DNA from: Eledone cirrhosa
Lineage: Eukaryota
Length of the DNA stretch: 64,000 nucleotides
Assembly: GCA_964016885.1 (NCBI GenBank)
Contig: OZ024747.1
Coordinates: forward strand, 58,962,001-59,026,000
Direction: 5' to 3'
Made by a program: the position numbers and the translations under genes. Shown here one piece after another: positions 40,655 to 57,812 of this stretch; within the stretch, counting starts at the first letter, position 1; each line of letters opens with the position of its first letter. Below the pieces are notes generated by a model. That model did no database searches and was not told the DNA's origin. It worked only from the letters and a program-made list of their open reading frames with translations.

Positions 40655-40850
40655 GGTAGAGGTGGTAGTGGTGGTTAGAGTGGCTGTGATAGTGGTGATG
40701 GTGGTGGCGGTGGTAATGGTAGAGGTGGTAGTGGTGGTTAGAGTGGCTGTGATAGTGGTGATGGTGGTGGCGGTGGTAATGGTAGAGGTGGTAGTGGTGG
40801 TTAGAGTGGCTGTGATAGTGGTGATGGTGGTGGCGGTGGTAATGGTAGTG
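40655..40850. repeat. 63-bp GGT-rich tandem repeat x3 within a low-complexity tract (40400-41350)
   Basis: GGTAGAGGTGGTAGTGGTGGTTAGAGTGGCTGTGATAGTGGTGATGGTGGTGGCGGTGGTAAT repeated. Confidence 0.9.
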
Positions 40851-41535
40851 GTGTTCGTGGTGGTGGTGGTTAGAGTGGTTGTGGCAGTAGTGGTGGTGAC
40901 AGTAGCTGTGATAGTGGTGGTGGCGGTGGTAATGGTTCTGCGCTGGTGGTGGCGATTTTAGTGACTGTGACAGTAGTGGAGATGGTAATGGCTGTGATAG
41001 AACTGATGGTAGTTGAGGTGATAATTGTGTTGTCGGTGGTGACGTTGGTGATGATGGTTGCTTTAGTGGCTGTGACATCAGTGGTGGTGACGCTGGCTGT
41101 AATAGTGGTGGAGGAGGGCGGCTAAAAGTGATGACGTCATCTTGTTTAATTTGGTTATAACGCTGGTAGTGATATTGGTAATGATAGTGCCGGGGGCCAT
41201 TGGTGATGACATCATTTCGTCTATTTTGGTTATCGTGACGTCGATGTCAATGGTAATGACATTGGTGATGATAGTGATAGTCACAACAGTAATAAAGACG
41301 ACATTTTGTCTACTTTGTTTATTAAAATGTTGGTGTCAGTAGTAATGGTATTGGTGATGGTTATAGTAGCGATGGCGTCTTCTTGTCTACTTTGTTTAAA
41401 TGTAGGATTGATGACATTGGCGGTGACATTCACGTTGAGGCGTGAGATGTGGATTAGGGATTAGTGATGACTAATCCCTAATTAGGATTGAAGAACAGAT
41501 AGTGTATATATAGTGTACATATATATATGTGTGTC

Positions 41536-41589
<54 letters not shown>

Positions 41590-42547
41590 TGTGCCGTGTA
41601 TTAGTGTGTATACACTGTATATACAGTCTATACAATGTATATACTCTGTATATAGACTGTATATACAGTGTATAAGTGTATATACAGTGTATATACAGTG
41701 TATATACAGTGTATATACAGTGTATGCAGTTCTCCGAATTGGTACAGCTCTGCTTATGGTAGAAATAAATAGGAGAGATGAAGAAAGAAAATTAAAGAAA
41801 ATGAGAGATTGTGATGATGATGATGACGAAGAGGATGAGGAAGATAGTAGTGGCGTGGGGGAATGGTTATATTTGTGGTGGTAGTGGTATTGATGATAAT
41901 GGCGATGAAGATGATGATAAAGATGATGATGATCATCATCATCTTTATAAATGATACTTTTCAATGAATTACTAACCAAAAGAATTGCTTCATTTGTCGA
42001 ATTTAGAAAGTAATTGTTGTCGCCGAAACATTGACTGTCCAACATGGCTGTCCAGCAACGTTGAAGAAACGATAATTATTCCTAAACGAAAAGAATATCC
42101 AAATTTATCAAATTAACCCTTATTGTTGCCAGGCCACTCCAGCCTAGAAAATCATTCTTCACTTTTGTTAATCATTCAAGAGACTCAGATAACAATTCTT
42201 TCCGCCAAAACATTCTTTAGCTTCCGACTTCCTTCCACCATTTGTGGCCGTCATATTCAGTGAAACATCGAATCTCGTCTAATCTCGTGAGATTACAACT
42301 ACTTCTAAGGGATTTCATCATATTAACGAAGCTTTTCACAGCTAATCAACCCAACCTGAAATTTAAAAGTCACTCGAATATAATGAATCAATTTACTGAT
42401 GAATATCTACACGTGTGTGTGCGTGTGGGTATGTCTATGTGTGCGTTTGTGTAAGTGTACGTATGCCACCAATACATATGCCCTGTACACACATATTATA
42501 TATACACATTTATACATACCGATGGTCAAACACGCAACACACACACT

Positions 42548-42595
<48 letters not shown>

Positions 42596-42627
42596 AGTGT
42601 ATATATATATTTATTTATATATATATT

Positions 42628-42658
<31 letters not shown>

Positions 42659-43031
42659 TTATTTATATATAATTATTTATTTATATATAATTATTTATTT
42701 ATATATATATATTTATTTATATATATATTTATATATATATATATTTATATATATATATATTTATTTATATATATATATTTATATATTTATTTATATATAT
42801 ATATTTATATATTTATATATATATTTATATATATATTTATATATATATATTTATTTATATATATATTTATTTATATATATATTTATATATATATATATTT
42901 ATTTATATATATATTTATTTATATATATATTTATATATATATATTTATATATATTTATATTTATATATATATATTTATATATATTTATATATATATATTT
43001 ATATATATTTATATATATATTTATATATTTA

Positions 43032-43071
<40 letters not shown>

Positions 43072-43721
43072 GTGTGTGTGTGTGTGTGCATGGTAATGTC
43101 ATTGTATGTGTATGATTGCATGTGCGTGCTTAGTAATGTGGTTGTATATGTGTTTGTATATATGTGCATGGTAATGTGGTTGTATGTATGTGTGTATGTA
43201 CGTGTATAGTAATATGGTTGTATGTGTATGTTTGTATATGCGTGCATGGTAATGTGATTCTATGTGTGCGTGTGTGTATGTATGTATAGTAATGTGGTTG
43301 TAAGTTTGAATGTGCGCGTATGGCAATGCTCTGTTATGGAAGTTTCTCCAATCAATATACTTTAATAGTATCGCCATAAGTAAAAGTCACGTGGAGATTT
43401 TTAAGAAAACTTTTAGTGTCTCAGATTCCAGTATTGATAAAGATATCATTTGATAATTACATATCATATTAATGGAAGAGACCAGTAATGAAATGCTTTA
43501 ACTTACCTTTGAAGATTCAAACTCTAAAGAAGAGTTTGTATTTAGTGTATAAAGTCAACATGGTTGTCCGTTGTCTGTTTACAGTTCCAAACATCTTTGT
43601 TCATATCCCATCCATAACTACCACAACATTTATAACCCTTCCATGTTTTAGACAATTAACTAAACATCGCTGCCTCGATCTACCTTGAGATAATCAGGTT
43701 CCACGGAATGGAACAATATAA

Positions 43722-43935
43722 GCGGGGCTGACTGGTTAGAGAATTGGATTCGCAATCGTGAGGTTGTGAGTTCAATTCCCGGAATGGGCGATGCGTTATG
43801 TCCTTAGGCAAAACACTATATTTCACGCTGCTCTTTCTACCTAGAGTTGCGACCTATAGATAGTACTAGCAGTTGGAAAGACCAATGGAAACACTGATTC
43901 CTCGGTCCGATTTGACGAAAAGTCGTTCGACTGTC
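43722..43935 (+). mobile_element. V-like tRNA SINE
   Basis: Same family as 138-365. Confidence 0.8.
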
Positions 43936-44210
43936 ATATATATATATATTAAATTTAAGTCCAAATAACACTTTAGCGGGGATACACGTCAAATTGGCTA
44001 AAAAAAAGTCAATTTTAAATTATATAATGCCCCAGCCATGGATTCGGAAACAGTAGCTGGAAATCCAAGACATTGGAATAACCATTAGTGGAAGAATTTA
44101 CGTTTCTTCATCAGCAGGCAAAATCCAAAATCTTCATAAGAATAAGGGGACAAGTAGAAAACATTATCATACATTCACTGTTAGATATTATAGATGAACA
44201 GGTTGTGTTG

Positions 44211-44250
<40 letters not shown>

Positions 44251-44327
44251 TATATAATAGAAATAATAGAATATGTGTTCCGACACGCACAAGGCGCTAA
44301 TGGACACATGTATTGTCCAACCAAGAT

Positions 44328-44408
44328 CCTTCTGACGAGAATCTTCTTTGCAACGAAGGCCGTATGGACTCCGTTTATTTTTGAGATTCGAAACCGATTC
44401 GGTAAAGG
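44328..44408 (+). ncRNA. Type I hammerhead ribozyme motif
   Basis: CCTT-CTGACGA-GAATCT...AGATTC-GAAA-CCG-ATT-CGG-TA-AAGG; all three helices pair; GUA site. Confidence 0.8.
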
Positions 44409-44474
44409 TAACTATAGTAAGTAAAGTTAATTTTTTAAAATTTATTTTGAAACTTATTCTTATTTGCTAAACCT

Positions 44475-44536
<62 letters not shown>

Positions 44537-44729
44537 TATATATATATAATAGGTTCGATATGAGTTCCTGTGGCATTTTCGACATAATGACTTTGAAGAC
44601 AAATTTTTTCAATACTGACTGCAATATAAACGTTTCATTTTTTGTTCTAATGCTTTTCTTGTTTTCTTTTTAGATTAATTTAATGTTATATTACTTAATA
44701 TTATACAGTTTGACCCCTCTAGAAGGAGT

Positions 44730-45185
44730 GTGGATCAGACACATATAAAATATTATATGCTGCATAAATACAAGGTGTTCTCAGCAACACACACGGCAAA
44801 GAATATTCATTCTGCCCATAAAAATGAAGTTCCAAATGTTCGAACATACCAATGAGGCTGTGAACAATGACTGGGTTCTCTTGATCTCGAGCTTTTCAGA
44901 ATATGGTGGAAGAAAATCGTAAGCAAATTGCACAAGGATTTGTTAAAGTGTTCAATACATGTCACAGGACAATTGTAAAACATTTGTACGAACCGGAAAC
45001 GGTGTCTAAACTTGGTCAGTGGGTGCCACATAATCTGACTGCTACTCAACTTGAGCAAAGAGTTGCCCTTTGGTCTTCATTAAAGAAGAGACTTGCCAAT
45101 GACACCCTTCTGGGCAGAATAATAACCAGTGAGGAAAAGTGCGTACTCTACAATAATATCCTAAGAAAACCACAATGGTTTGGTT
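44730..45185 (+). pseudogene. mariner transposase fragment
   Basis: KLGQWVPHNLT (WVPHEL motif) and RIITSEEKCVLYNN (TGDEKW-like); upstream HIKYYMLHKY...AKNIHSA N-terminal segment; truncated and frameshifted. Confidence 0.85.
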
Positions 45186-45389
45186 ATCACCGGTTTAATA
45201 CTGGTTTGATCCTGATATATATATCTGTGTGTGTGTGAATAAAAGCATTCCTATCTATGCCTGTGTATGTATGTGTATATATATATATATGTATATATAT
45301 ATACAGAGAGAGAGAGAGGGGGGAATAAGAAAATGTGAAGAAGTTGCAGATGATATATATATGTATATATATATATATATATATGTATG

Positions 45390-45503
<114 letters not shown>

Positions 45504-45504
45504 A

Positions 45505-45566
<62 letters not shown>

Positions 45567-45567
45567 G

Positions 45568-45682
<115 letters not shown>

Positions 45683-45730
45683 GTATATGTATGTATGTAT
45701 GTATGTATGTATATATGTATGTATATATAT

Positions 45731-46277
45731 GGGGGGTTGCCAGTTTAGTCGCCAACGACCCATCAAGGTTTCTTGGTGAGGAGGGTGACTTTGGACATCC
45801 TGCAGGACTAAAAACCTGTCAAAGGGCAAAGGAGCTCTTAAGAGTCAATGGCCATCCAAAATCACCGGGAGAGATGACCCCTTAGCCTTTGTCAAGGCAG
45901 AATTCTAGGAGAAGGAAAACTCTGATATAACACCTGCAACCCTGATGGTATCCAATGATGTTGACTTGTTCTTCTTTTTGGTAAATATCATCTTGGTTAA
46001 GAGTGTGTGACTGGCTTTGTGCAGTGTCTTTGCTCACTATAAAGGCTTCACGGCACAGGCATTGCTTTATATCTGGAGATCTCTCTGCACTTGTCGTCAC
46101 ATGGTACCATGGGTTCAGCATTATGTGTCAATAATTGTCACAAGTGTAGTGTTTATACCAGAGTTTTCAAGTCGCTGGCTGGACTAAAATGTCACACTCG
46201 TTCAGCGCATCGGTAGGGGTTCTCCTACATGGATTTTAAGTAGTGGCCGTACTTGAAAACGAGTTGGTAGCCACCAT

Positions 46278-46278
<1 letters not shown>
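45731..46278 (+). mobile_element. ~550-bp non-autonomous bipartite RTE derivative (5' UTR plus 3' end)
   Basis: RTE/BovB-like 5' UTR motif CTAGGAGAAGGAAAACTCTGA (45905-45925); degenerate C2H2 finger [23 protein letters not shown] (46145-46216); short 3' UTR then microsatellite tail. Confidence 0.7.
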
Positions 46279-49370
<3,092 letters not shown>

Positions 49371-49427
49371 TACGTGGGAAAGTAAAAAATCGTAGTATAG
49401 ACCGTTAAAACATGTTTATTTAAAACA

Positions 49428-49467
49428 GCACCTACGTACGTTTCGCCCAGTTGGGCTTCTCAAGGGC
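49428..49467 (-). ncRNA. U3-A8 variant hammerhead motif
   Basis: Minus strand: GCCC-TTGAGAA-GCCC-AACT-GGGC-GAAA-CGTACG-TA-GGTGC; palindromic helix III ACGTACGT. Confidence 0.7.
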
Positions 49468-49821
49468 ATAAATAATGAAAAGTGTTCCTTACATTGCTCC
49501 GAAAGAGTTTTGGGGGTTAAATCCACATCATATACATATATATATATGTATATATATATATATGTATACATATATATGTATATATATGTATATATATGTA
49601 TATATATATATGTATATATATGTATGTATATATATATATATATATGTATATATATGTATATATATGTATATATGTATATATATATATGTATATATATGTA
49701 TATATATATATATGTATATATATGTATATATATATATATGTATATATATATATGTATATATAAGGCCCATGCATGTATGTATATGTATGTATGTATGTAT
49801 GTATATATATATATATGTGTG

Positions 49822-49867
<46 letters not shown>

Positions 49868-50254
49868 CATACACGTACACATACTTGTGTGTGTATGTTT
49901 AGAGAGAAAAAGAGATGGGGGAGGTGGATGTTGCGAGTGTGAGAGAGTTAGGTGTTATTTTATGTGGGACAATAGCAACAAAAAACACATAACATGTCAA
50001 AAAGGCGTAACAAGCTGTATTGAAACAATGTCAGTGTGGAGATATAATAGAAATTATTTTGAAAATTGTCGAAGTTTGATACTAGGTGGAGAGTTCTGGT
50101 AGGTATGGAGGGCAAGGTTGGGTAGAGCTGAGAAGAATGTCAAATAAAAGCATTCAGTTTATTTCCTGATAGAGAAAGAGAATTGAAATATAAAGTTTAG
50201 TTATAAAACTAAAACTAAGACTTAGTTGTAAAACATAGCTTACTTAGAGTTTGG

Positions 50255-50630
50255 TCGGGTGAAGTTGCTGTGTGATGTGGTGTGGTGTAGTGGTATGGGT
50301 TTGTGGTGGCGGGGTGGTGGTGTAGTGGTGTGATGGTCGTGTGATGGTGGTGTGGGGGTGTGGTGGTCGTGTGATGGTGTTGTGTTGTGTTGTGGTGGTC
50401 TTGGTGGTGGTGTAGTGGTGTGATGGTGGTGTTGTGGTGCGGGTGGGGTGGGGGTGTGATGGTGTTGCGTTGTGGTGTAGTGGTGTGGTGGTGGTGTGGT
50501 GGTGGCGGTGATAAGGGTGGTGATGCTAAGGTGGTATAGTCTGGTGGTGGTGGTGATGGTCGTGGTGGTGTTAATGGTGTGGTGGTGTAGTGGCGGTGTG
50601 GTATTGGTGGTCTGGTGTTGGTAATGTTTG
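50255..50630. repeat. (GGT/GT)-rich low-complexity tract
   Basis: Direct inspection. Confidence 0.9.
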
Positions 50631-51779
50631 TATTATGTCGAAATAGATTGGAAAGCTGACATGGAAGGAAGGAAAGATTTGGAAACAAAAAGTGCGATAG
50701 ATGCGAGATATTGGTTGAAATGTAAAAGACATTATTTTATATATAAAAGTCGATTTAACAGCCGAGATAATAAAACCAGTTGTCCATTCCGAGTGAAATG
50801 GCTAAACGGAGAGAATATTTGATACACAGCTTGCTTACATGAGCATGAAACATTGAATGTGTATGTAATGGCGACAGGGTTGTTCGGCGAAAGCAGAGGA
50901 TTTATGTGTATGTATATGTCTATATGAGTGTGCAAGCGAGTGTGTGTGCCAGTGTAGTTGTCAATGTGTTTGTCAGTGTGCTTTTGTATGTGTGAATAAA
51001 GTATTTGTGTTTGAACGAAAGCAGAAGATATATATATATATATGTGTATGTATATGTCTATATATGTGTGCAAGTGAGTGTGTGTGTGTCAGTGTAGTTG
51101 TCAGTGTGATTGTTAGTGTGCTTTTGTATGTGTGAAATGACTATTTGTTTTTGTGTGCAAGACAGTGCAAGAGAAATACCAAATATGCAAGTGTGTTTAT
51201 GTATGTCTGTCTGTTCGTGTGTGTTTCTGTACGAATGTATGTGTTTAAACAATGTATTGTTTTAGTGTTTTTGTGTGTACGATTGAGTGTAAGTATGTGT
51301 GCGTTGGTGTGCGTGTGTGATTGTATTTGTTACTATGTGTGTGTTAGTATTGTGAGTTGTTCATGTATGTTAGAGATTCCGTGTTTGGTTTGGTACGAGT
51401 GTATGTGTGCAAAAGAAATATTCTTGTGTGTGTATGAAGAGCGCAAAAGGATAAGAAATCGTGAATTTGAGTACACACACACACACACATATATATTTTT
51501 ATATATATATTTACATATATGTTTAGTAATATATGTACATGTATATATATATATGTATATATATATATGTATATATATATATGTATATATATGTATATAT
51601 ATATGTATATATATATGTATATATATATATATATATATATACATATATGTATATATATATATTTTTATATATATATATACATATATGTATATATATATAT
51701 ATATATACATATATGTATATATACATATTTATATATATATATATACATATATGTATATATATATATGTATATGTATATA

Positions 51780-51833
<54 letters not shown>

Positions 51834-51841
51834 CATATATG

Positions 51842-51875
<34 letters not shown>

Positions 51876-52069
51876 CACATATATGAATATATATGTATAT
51901 ATATATATATACACATATAGGTATATAAGTATATATATATATATACACATATATGAATATATGTATATATATATTTATATATATACATATATATATATAT
52001 ACACATATATGAATAAGTATATATATATATACACATATATGAATATATATGTATATATATATATATGTA

Positions 52070-52975
52070 TATTGTTATACTTTGGGAGGGTCATGTTGCC
52101 AATAAGAAACAAACGCACCAGTTGCTTTCACTTCAATTTATTATTATAATAAATTTATAATAAAATTATAAGTTTATAAATTTCTGGTTGGTTGGTTGGT
52201 TCCACAACCAGATAGTTGTTTATATATTGTCATAGTTCTTTCGTCACACACTCTGTGACCTCTTCAGTGACTGGGGATTCCTTTCTTTGTTTCTGTGCCT
52301 CTCCTTTGTTCTGTCCTACGCCATTTTGTTTCTGTGTGTGTGTTGTGTGCTCAGTCTGCGCATGCGCCACATCCGGGTGTCTGTGTGTGTTTATGTTCAT
52401 TTATTTATTTGCTTATTTACATGTTACTGGTTGGTTGTTTGTTCTATGTGTGTGTGTGTTTTCATTTTGTCCTTAATTGTAAGTTGTGCTGTTGCTGTTC
52501 CACTCATATTTTCTATTTAATTTTGGTTGTAATTCTTTTATGTTTAAGGACAAAATGTTTAACTGCTTGTTTTACATGTAACAATCTGCCGCACTATAAT
52601 CTTGTATAAATAGGACACGCGTGCATGCCACACGTGTGACTGTTGCATACACTGGCTACTCCAAACTTCCCTCTTGCTTTATCTTAGTAAACTGCCAATG
52701 TTTTATTTTTATTTTAATTTTAATTTTAACTTTAATTTTGTCCTTTAATATGACTGTAATCTTTGTATGTAAATTACCATGCTATATTATTATAATGGAT
52801 GTCAACCCAATGTGGGTCAATATATACATGTGTTTCTATATGTCTCTTGTGTTGAAAAGGAGGTCAAGTATGTTAAAAATCACTGAATAATTGCTCCGAA
52901 GACTTCAAACCTCGGCTTGGAAGAAACAATTGTAAGCAAATAAATGATTTAAACAGAACTTTGATTCATGTAAGC
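52070..52975. mobile_element. Two Penelope-like 3' ends back to back, each with its own hammerhead
   Basis: 52070-52470 is homologous to 18293-18660, with a minus motif at 52229-52271 (GTCA-CTGAAGA-GGTCACA...TGTGAC-GAAA-GAAC-TA-TGAC); 52765-52975 is homologous to ~38230-38420, with a plus motif at 52891-52939. Confidence 0.75.
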
Positions 52976-53117
52976 TCTCTCTCTATATATATACATACAT
53001 ATATATATATATGCATACATATATATATATATGCATACATATATATATATATATATGCTTACATATATATATATGCATACATATATATATATATAATCAT
53101 ACATATATATATATATG

Positions 53118-53157
<40 letters not shown>

Positions 53158-53416
53158 CATACATATATATATATACTTATATATACATGCATACATATAT
53201 ATATGTGTGTCTGTGTATTTATAGGGGAACATAGGTAGAACAAATATATCTCACTCTGTGATTATATAGGTATGTGTGCCTTATACTTGCATGAATCCCT
53301 CAGAGAGAGATCAACGAAATGAATATGTTGAGATAGAGAGACAAGGAGAGGAAGAGAACGGAAAAGAATGACAAGTTAAAGTAATTCCTTAAAGTAACAC
53401 ATGCACTCACACAGAC

Positions 53417-53449
<33 letters not shown>

Positions 53450-53453
<4 letters not shown>

Positions 53454-53656
53454 AACATGTATATATATATATATATATAAACATGTATATATATATATAT
53501 AAACATGTATATATATATATATATATATAAACATGTATATATATATATATATATAAACATGTATATATATATATATATATATAAACATGTATATATATAT
53601 ATATAAACATGTATATATATATATATATATATAAACATGTATATATATATATAAAC

Positions 53657-53732
<76 letters not shown>

Positions 53733-53910
53733 ATATATATATATATATATAAACATGTATATATATATATATATATATAAACATGTATATATATATATAT
53801 ATAAACATGTATATATATATATATATATATAAACATGTATATATATATATATAAACATGTATATATATATATATATATATAAACATGTATATATATATAT
53901 AAACATGTGT
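53450..53910. repeat. AAACATG(TA)n minisatellite
   Basis: Direct inspection, ~17 units. Confidence 0.9.
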
Positions 53911-54324
53911 ATAAATATATATATATAGAGACGGGAACAAAACAGAGAGGCAGTACAAACTAAGGTTTATTAGTTTCACGCTCTTCAAACATGTATATAT
54001 ATATGTGTGTGTGTGTGTATGTATATATGTAAGTATGAATATGCATATATATGTGAATGTGTGTGTGTGTGTATATATATGTATGTATATATATCTCTGT
54101 GTGTGTATGTATATATATCTATGTATATATATATATATATGTGTGTGTGTGTATGTATGTGTATGTATGTGAATATGTAAATATATGCATGTGTGCGAGT
54201 ATGTGTTTATATATATATATATATGTGTGTATGTATATATATATATATGTGTGTGTAAGTATGTGTGTGTATGTATATATATATATATATGTGTATGTAT
54301 ATATATGTATGTGTATACATGTGT

Positions 54325-54382
<58 letters not shown>

Positions 54383-54413
54383 ATGTATATATATGTATGT
54401 GTATACATGTGTT

Positions 54414-54490
<77 letters not shown>

Positions 54491-54892
54491 CATGTGTATG
54501 TATATATATGTAAACTGGTGCAAACTGGAGAAGAATTATTTCTAAGAACGTATGCAGAACACATTTGCTTGAACGAATACCAAGAAATAAATCTGATTGG
54601 TTATCGCTAGAGAAGCCATTTTACAGACGTAACTGTATTTAGAAACCGATGAAACAGAAGCAAGACAATTCTAGTAAATTCTCTGCGAAAATTTCACCTC
54701 GGAAATGCCTGGCAATAAATTGACACGGTGCAAACAACAGTAAAGTAGGGGGCTTTGGGTGAGAAGGGGCAATGAAATAGAGGAAAGTTAGGTATTTACG
54801 ACGTAACCTGGAAGATAAGACGAATAGAATCGAAGCAAAAGTGCAAAAGTCATTGGCATCGCGTTAACCGTTAGCTATTTGTTTATTTGTAT

Positions 54893-54933
<41 letters not shown>

Positions 54934-54937
<4 letters not shown>

Positions 54938-55267
54938 TATGTATACGTACATACATATATGTATACAGACGTACAGTAGTATGTATATATATATATATAT
55001 ACATACATGCACACATATATATATGTACGTATGGATTCACCAAACATTTATTATAATGCTCGGTGTGTTTGTAAACAAACATCCCGTATTAAGCCGCAGT
55101 GTCGTGCAACCACCGTTGTTCGTACATATATATATGTGTGCATGTATGTATATATATATACATACTACTGTACGTCTGTATACATATATGTATGTACGTA
55201 TACATACTTACATTTAAGTAACAGCCGTACTAAGAGTGAGAAATGAAATTTCGTTTCATTTTTTCCG
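54934..55267. repeat. Inverted repeat (~90-bp arms, 91-bp spacer) with a tail re-found inverted at 56918-56990
   Basis: 54934-55029 is the reverse complement of 55121-55210; CAGCCGTACTAAGAGTGAGAAATGAAATTTC recurs in reverse orientation. Confidence 0.8.
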
Positions 55268-55298
<31 letters not shown>

Positions 55299-55500
55299 CT
55301 GTGTGTGTGTGTATTTGTTTATTTGTTTATGTCTCTCACCATCTCCTTCAACTGTATATATATATGTATATATATCTTTTCATCTATCTATACGTATGTC
55401 ACTTTGTCTATGTTTCTGTCTGTCTAGACTAAATTTTCATTTAGTCCAGAATTAGCCGTCGAAACGGCTTGAGCTCAGCCGTCGGGGTCCTACTCGTTCC

Positions 55501-55534
<34 letters not shown>

Positions 55535-55583
55535 ATAAAGTAAAATAAATAAGTCAAATGTTTAAAATTTAGCTTCGTTTATT

Positions 55584-55638
55584 ACTGCGATATATATGTC
55601 GGTGACAGCCATCTTTGGCTGTGACCTCTTCAGGCAGT
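55584..55638 (-). ncRNA. Hammerhead motif (GAAA mutated to GACA)
   Basis: Minus strand: ACTGC-CTGAAGA-GGTCACAGCCA-AAGA-TGGCTGTCACC-GACA-TATATA-TC-GCAGT. Confidence 0.7.
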
Positions 55639-55846
55639 CCGAATTAGTGTGGTATAGACAAGTACATATGTTGTTAAGCTGTATAATTTTGTCAATACTC
55701 TGATATGCCCAGTTCCTGTTTGGTTGTTATTTCACTGAGGAACTGGAATCATATGAATTCAAATAAACGAATTTCAGTGTCAAAGGGCCTCTTCTCCTCT
55801 CATTGGTCAGTTGTTAGAACATTCCTCATTCAAAAGTCTGTATATG

Positions 55847-55882
<36 letters not shown>

Positions 55883-56554
55883 TGAGTCTGTGTCTGTGTG
55901 TGAGAGAGAGAGAGTGGGGGGGGGGGGACATTGATGTGACTGTCACATTACTGAAACTTAAAAAAGATAACAGTTTCTATAATGGATTTAAATAAATCAT
56001 CATTTCTTGACATCAATAAATAAATTAGTACATATCTTTGCCACATTGTCGTGGTGTTGAAATATCCAAAGAGTTGGATAGGTTGCTATGGTCTTATGAG
56101 CACTAACATTAGTTGACGTGGGTGAATGTGAACTGTGAGGTAAAAAATAAAGGCTGAGTCATTTTCTATGTGTAATCAGAACCAGAAGTATCCACTTAAT
56201 AAATACTAAGATGTACATGAATACAAAATAAAGTCAGAAAAAAAGACCAAAATGGACATGCCAAAAACTCAGTTATGAGAGCAATTTTTTTAGGGAACCT
56301 ATATAATGGAGAAAAAAGAACACACTAGAAGTGTTACTGTAGAAAGAAGGGATTGGTAATCTTCACGTTGATAGTTGGTTACAGGGCCGGAAATCTATCT
56401 GTATTGTCTGCTGCTATGAATGAATGCCTGTAAGATTAAATTATCTTATTAGGGAGAGTGGGGGGCTAATAACATGAGCGATAAATACTCAACGATTGAC
56501 ACAGCATGTATGCTACACTTACACAGAGGCATGTGTAAGCATATGCCATATATA

Positions 56555-56597
<43 letters not shown>

Positions 56598-56601
<4 letters not shown>

Positions 56602-56771
56602 GGTGGTGGGTCGGACGCAATACTTTGCAGCATAGAGTTACGGCCCTTTACAGTCTGATTTCAAATCCCGCCGAGGTTAACTTTGCCTTTCATCCTTACG
56701 GGGTCGATAAAATAAAGTACCAGTAATGCACTGGGATAATTACTAGCCTTGTGCCAAAAAGTAGAAACAAT
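56598..56771 (+). mobile_element. Young Meta/MESC-like SINE
   Basis: Same family as 1612-1798. Confidence 0.85.
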
Positions 56772-56978
56772 ATATATAAACAAAGAGGGTGTGGTAAGAT
56801 ACCAGGTGGACCATAAGGCACCTGAGTACTCAATAGTTAAGGCATTCGGATCTAGCTGTCGAAACGGCCGGAGATCAGCCATCGGGTTCCTATATATATA
56901 ATTATGTATATATAAATGGAAAAAATGAAATTTCATTTCTCACTCTTAGTACGGCTGTATACTTATATTTATGTATGT

Positions 56979-57032
<54 letters not shown>

Positions 57033-57180
57033 TTGAAAACGTCGGAGGCTATAAGCAGTTGACACTATACAACGCCTTGTTTTGTACCATTTATACATTT
57101 TATCTGCATCACAGTCGACCAACTAATATATGGTTTGCACATCGCTGGTCAGGTAGCCTCATATTATACTAATATATACA

Positions 57181-57717
57181 CATGGTAGCTGCCAACTCAT
57201 TTTCGAGTACGGCCACTACTTTATATCCATGTAGGAGAACCCCTACCGATGCGCTGAGCGCGTGTGACTTTTTAGTCCAGCCAGCGGCTTGAAAACTCTG
57301 GTACAAACACTACACTTGTGACAATTACTGACACATAGTGCTGGGCCCATGGTACCATGTGATGACAAGTGCAGAGAGATCTCCAGATACAAAGCAATGG
57401 CTGTGCCGTGAAGCTTTTATAGTGAGCAAAGGCACTGCACAAAGCCAGTCACACACTCTTAACCAAGAGAGTGGGACTGGCTTTGTGCAGTGCCTTTGGC
57501 GACTAAACTGGCAAACCCACCAAGGTTTCTTGGTGAGGAGGGTGACTTTGGACATCCTGCAGGACTAAAAACAAAACCTGTCAAAGGGCAAAGGAGCTCT
57601 TAAGAGTCAATGGCCATCCAAAATCACCGGGAGAAGGAAAACTCTGATATAACACCTGCAACCCTGATGGTATCCAATGATGTTGTTCTTCTTTTTGGTA
57701 AATATCATCTTGGTTAA
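57181..57717. mobile_element. Rearranged (inverted) copy of the bipartite RTE derivative
   Basis: 57181-57467 is the reverse complement of ~45990-46278; 57515-57717 is the forward copy of ~45760-46000 with an internal deletion. Confidence 0.8.
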
Positions 57718-57745
57718 TATATACACATACATACGTACATACATT

Positions 57746-57812
<67 letters not shown>

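Noticed and set aside
42060-42330. WPSYS, a possible Tc1 WPxxSPDL motif
   Set aside because: Too degenerate, with no other transposase motifs found
45882-46121. ORF with REAFI...LNQ resembling a GIY-YIG C-terminus (also 57338-57568)
   Set aside because: The opposite strand carries RTE 5' UTR and zinc-finger signals plus the tail, which is a better explanation
53963-53995. TTGAAGAGCGTGAAAC minimal hammerhead on the minus strand
   Set aside because: Helix I is weak and the core lies at a junction; kept only as a repeat fragment
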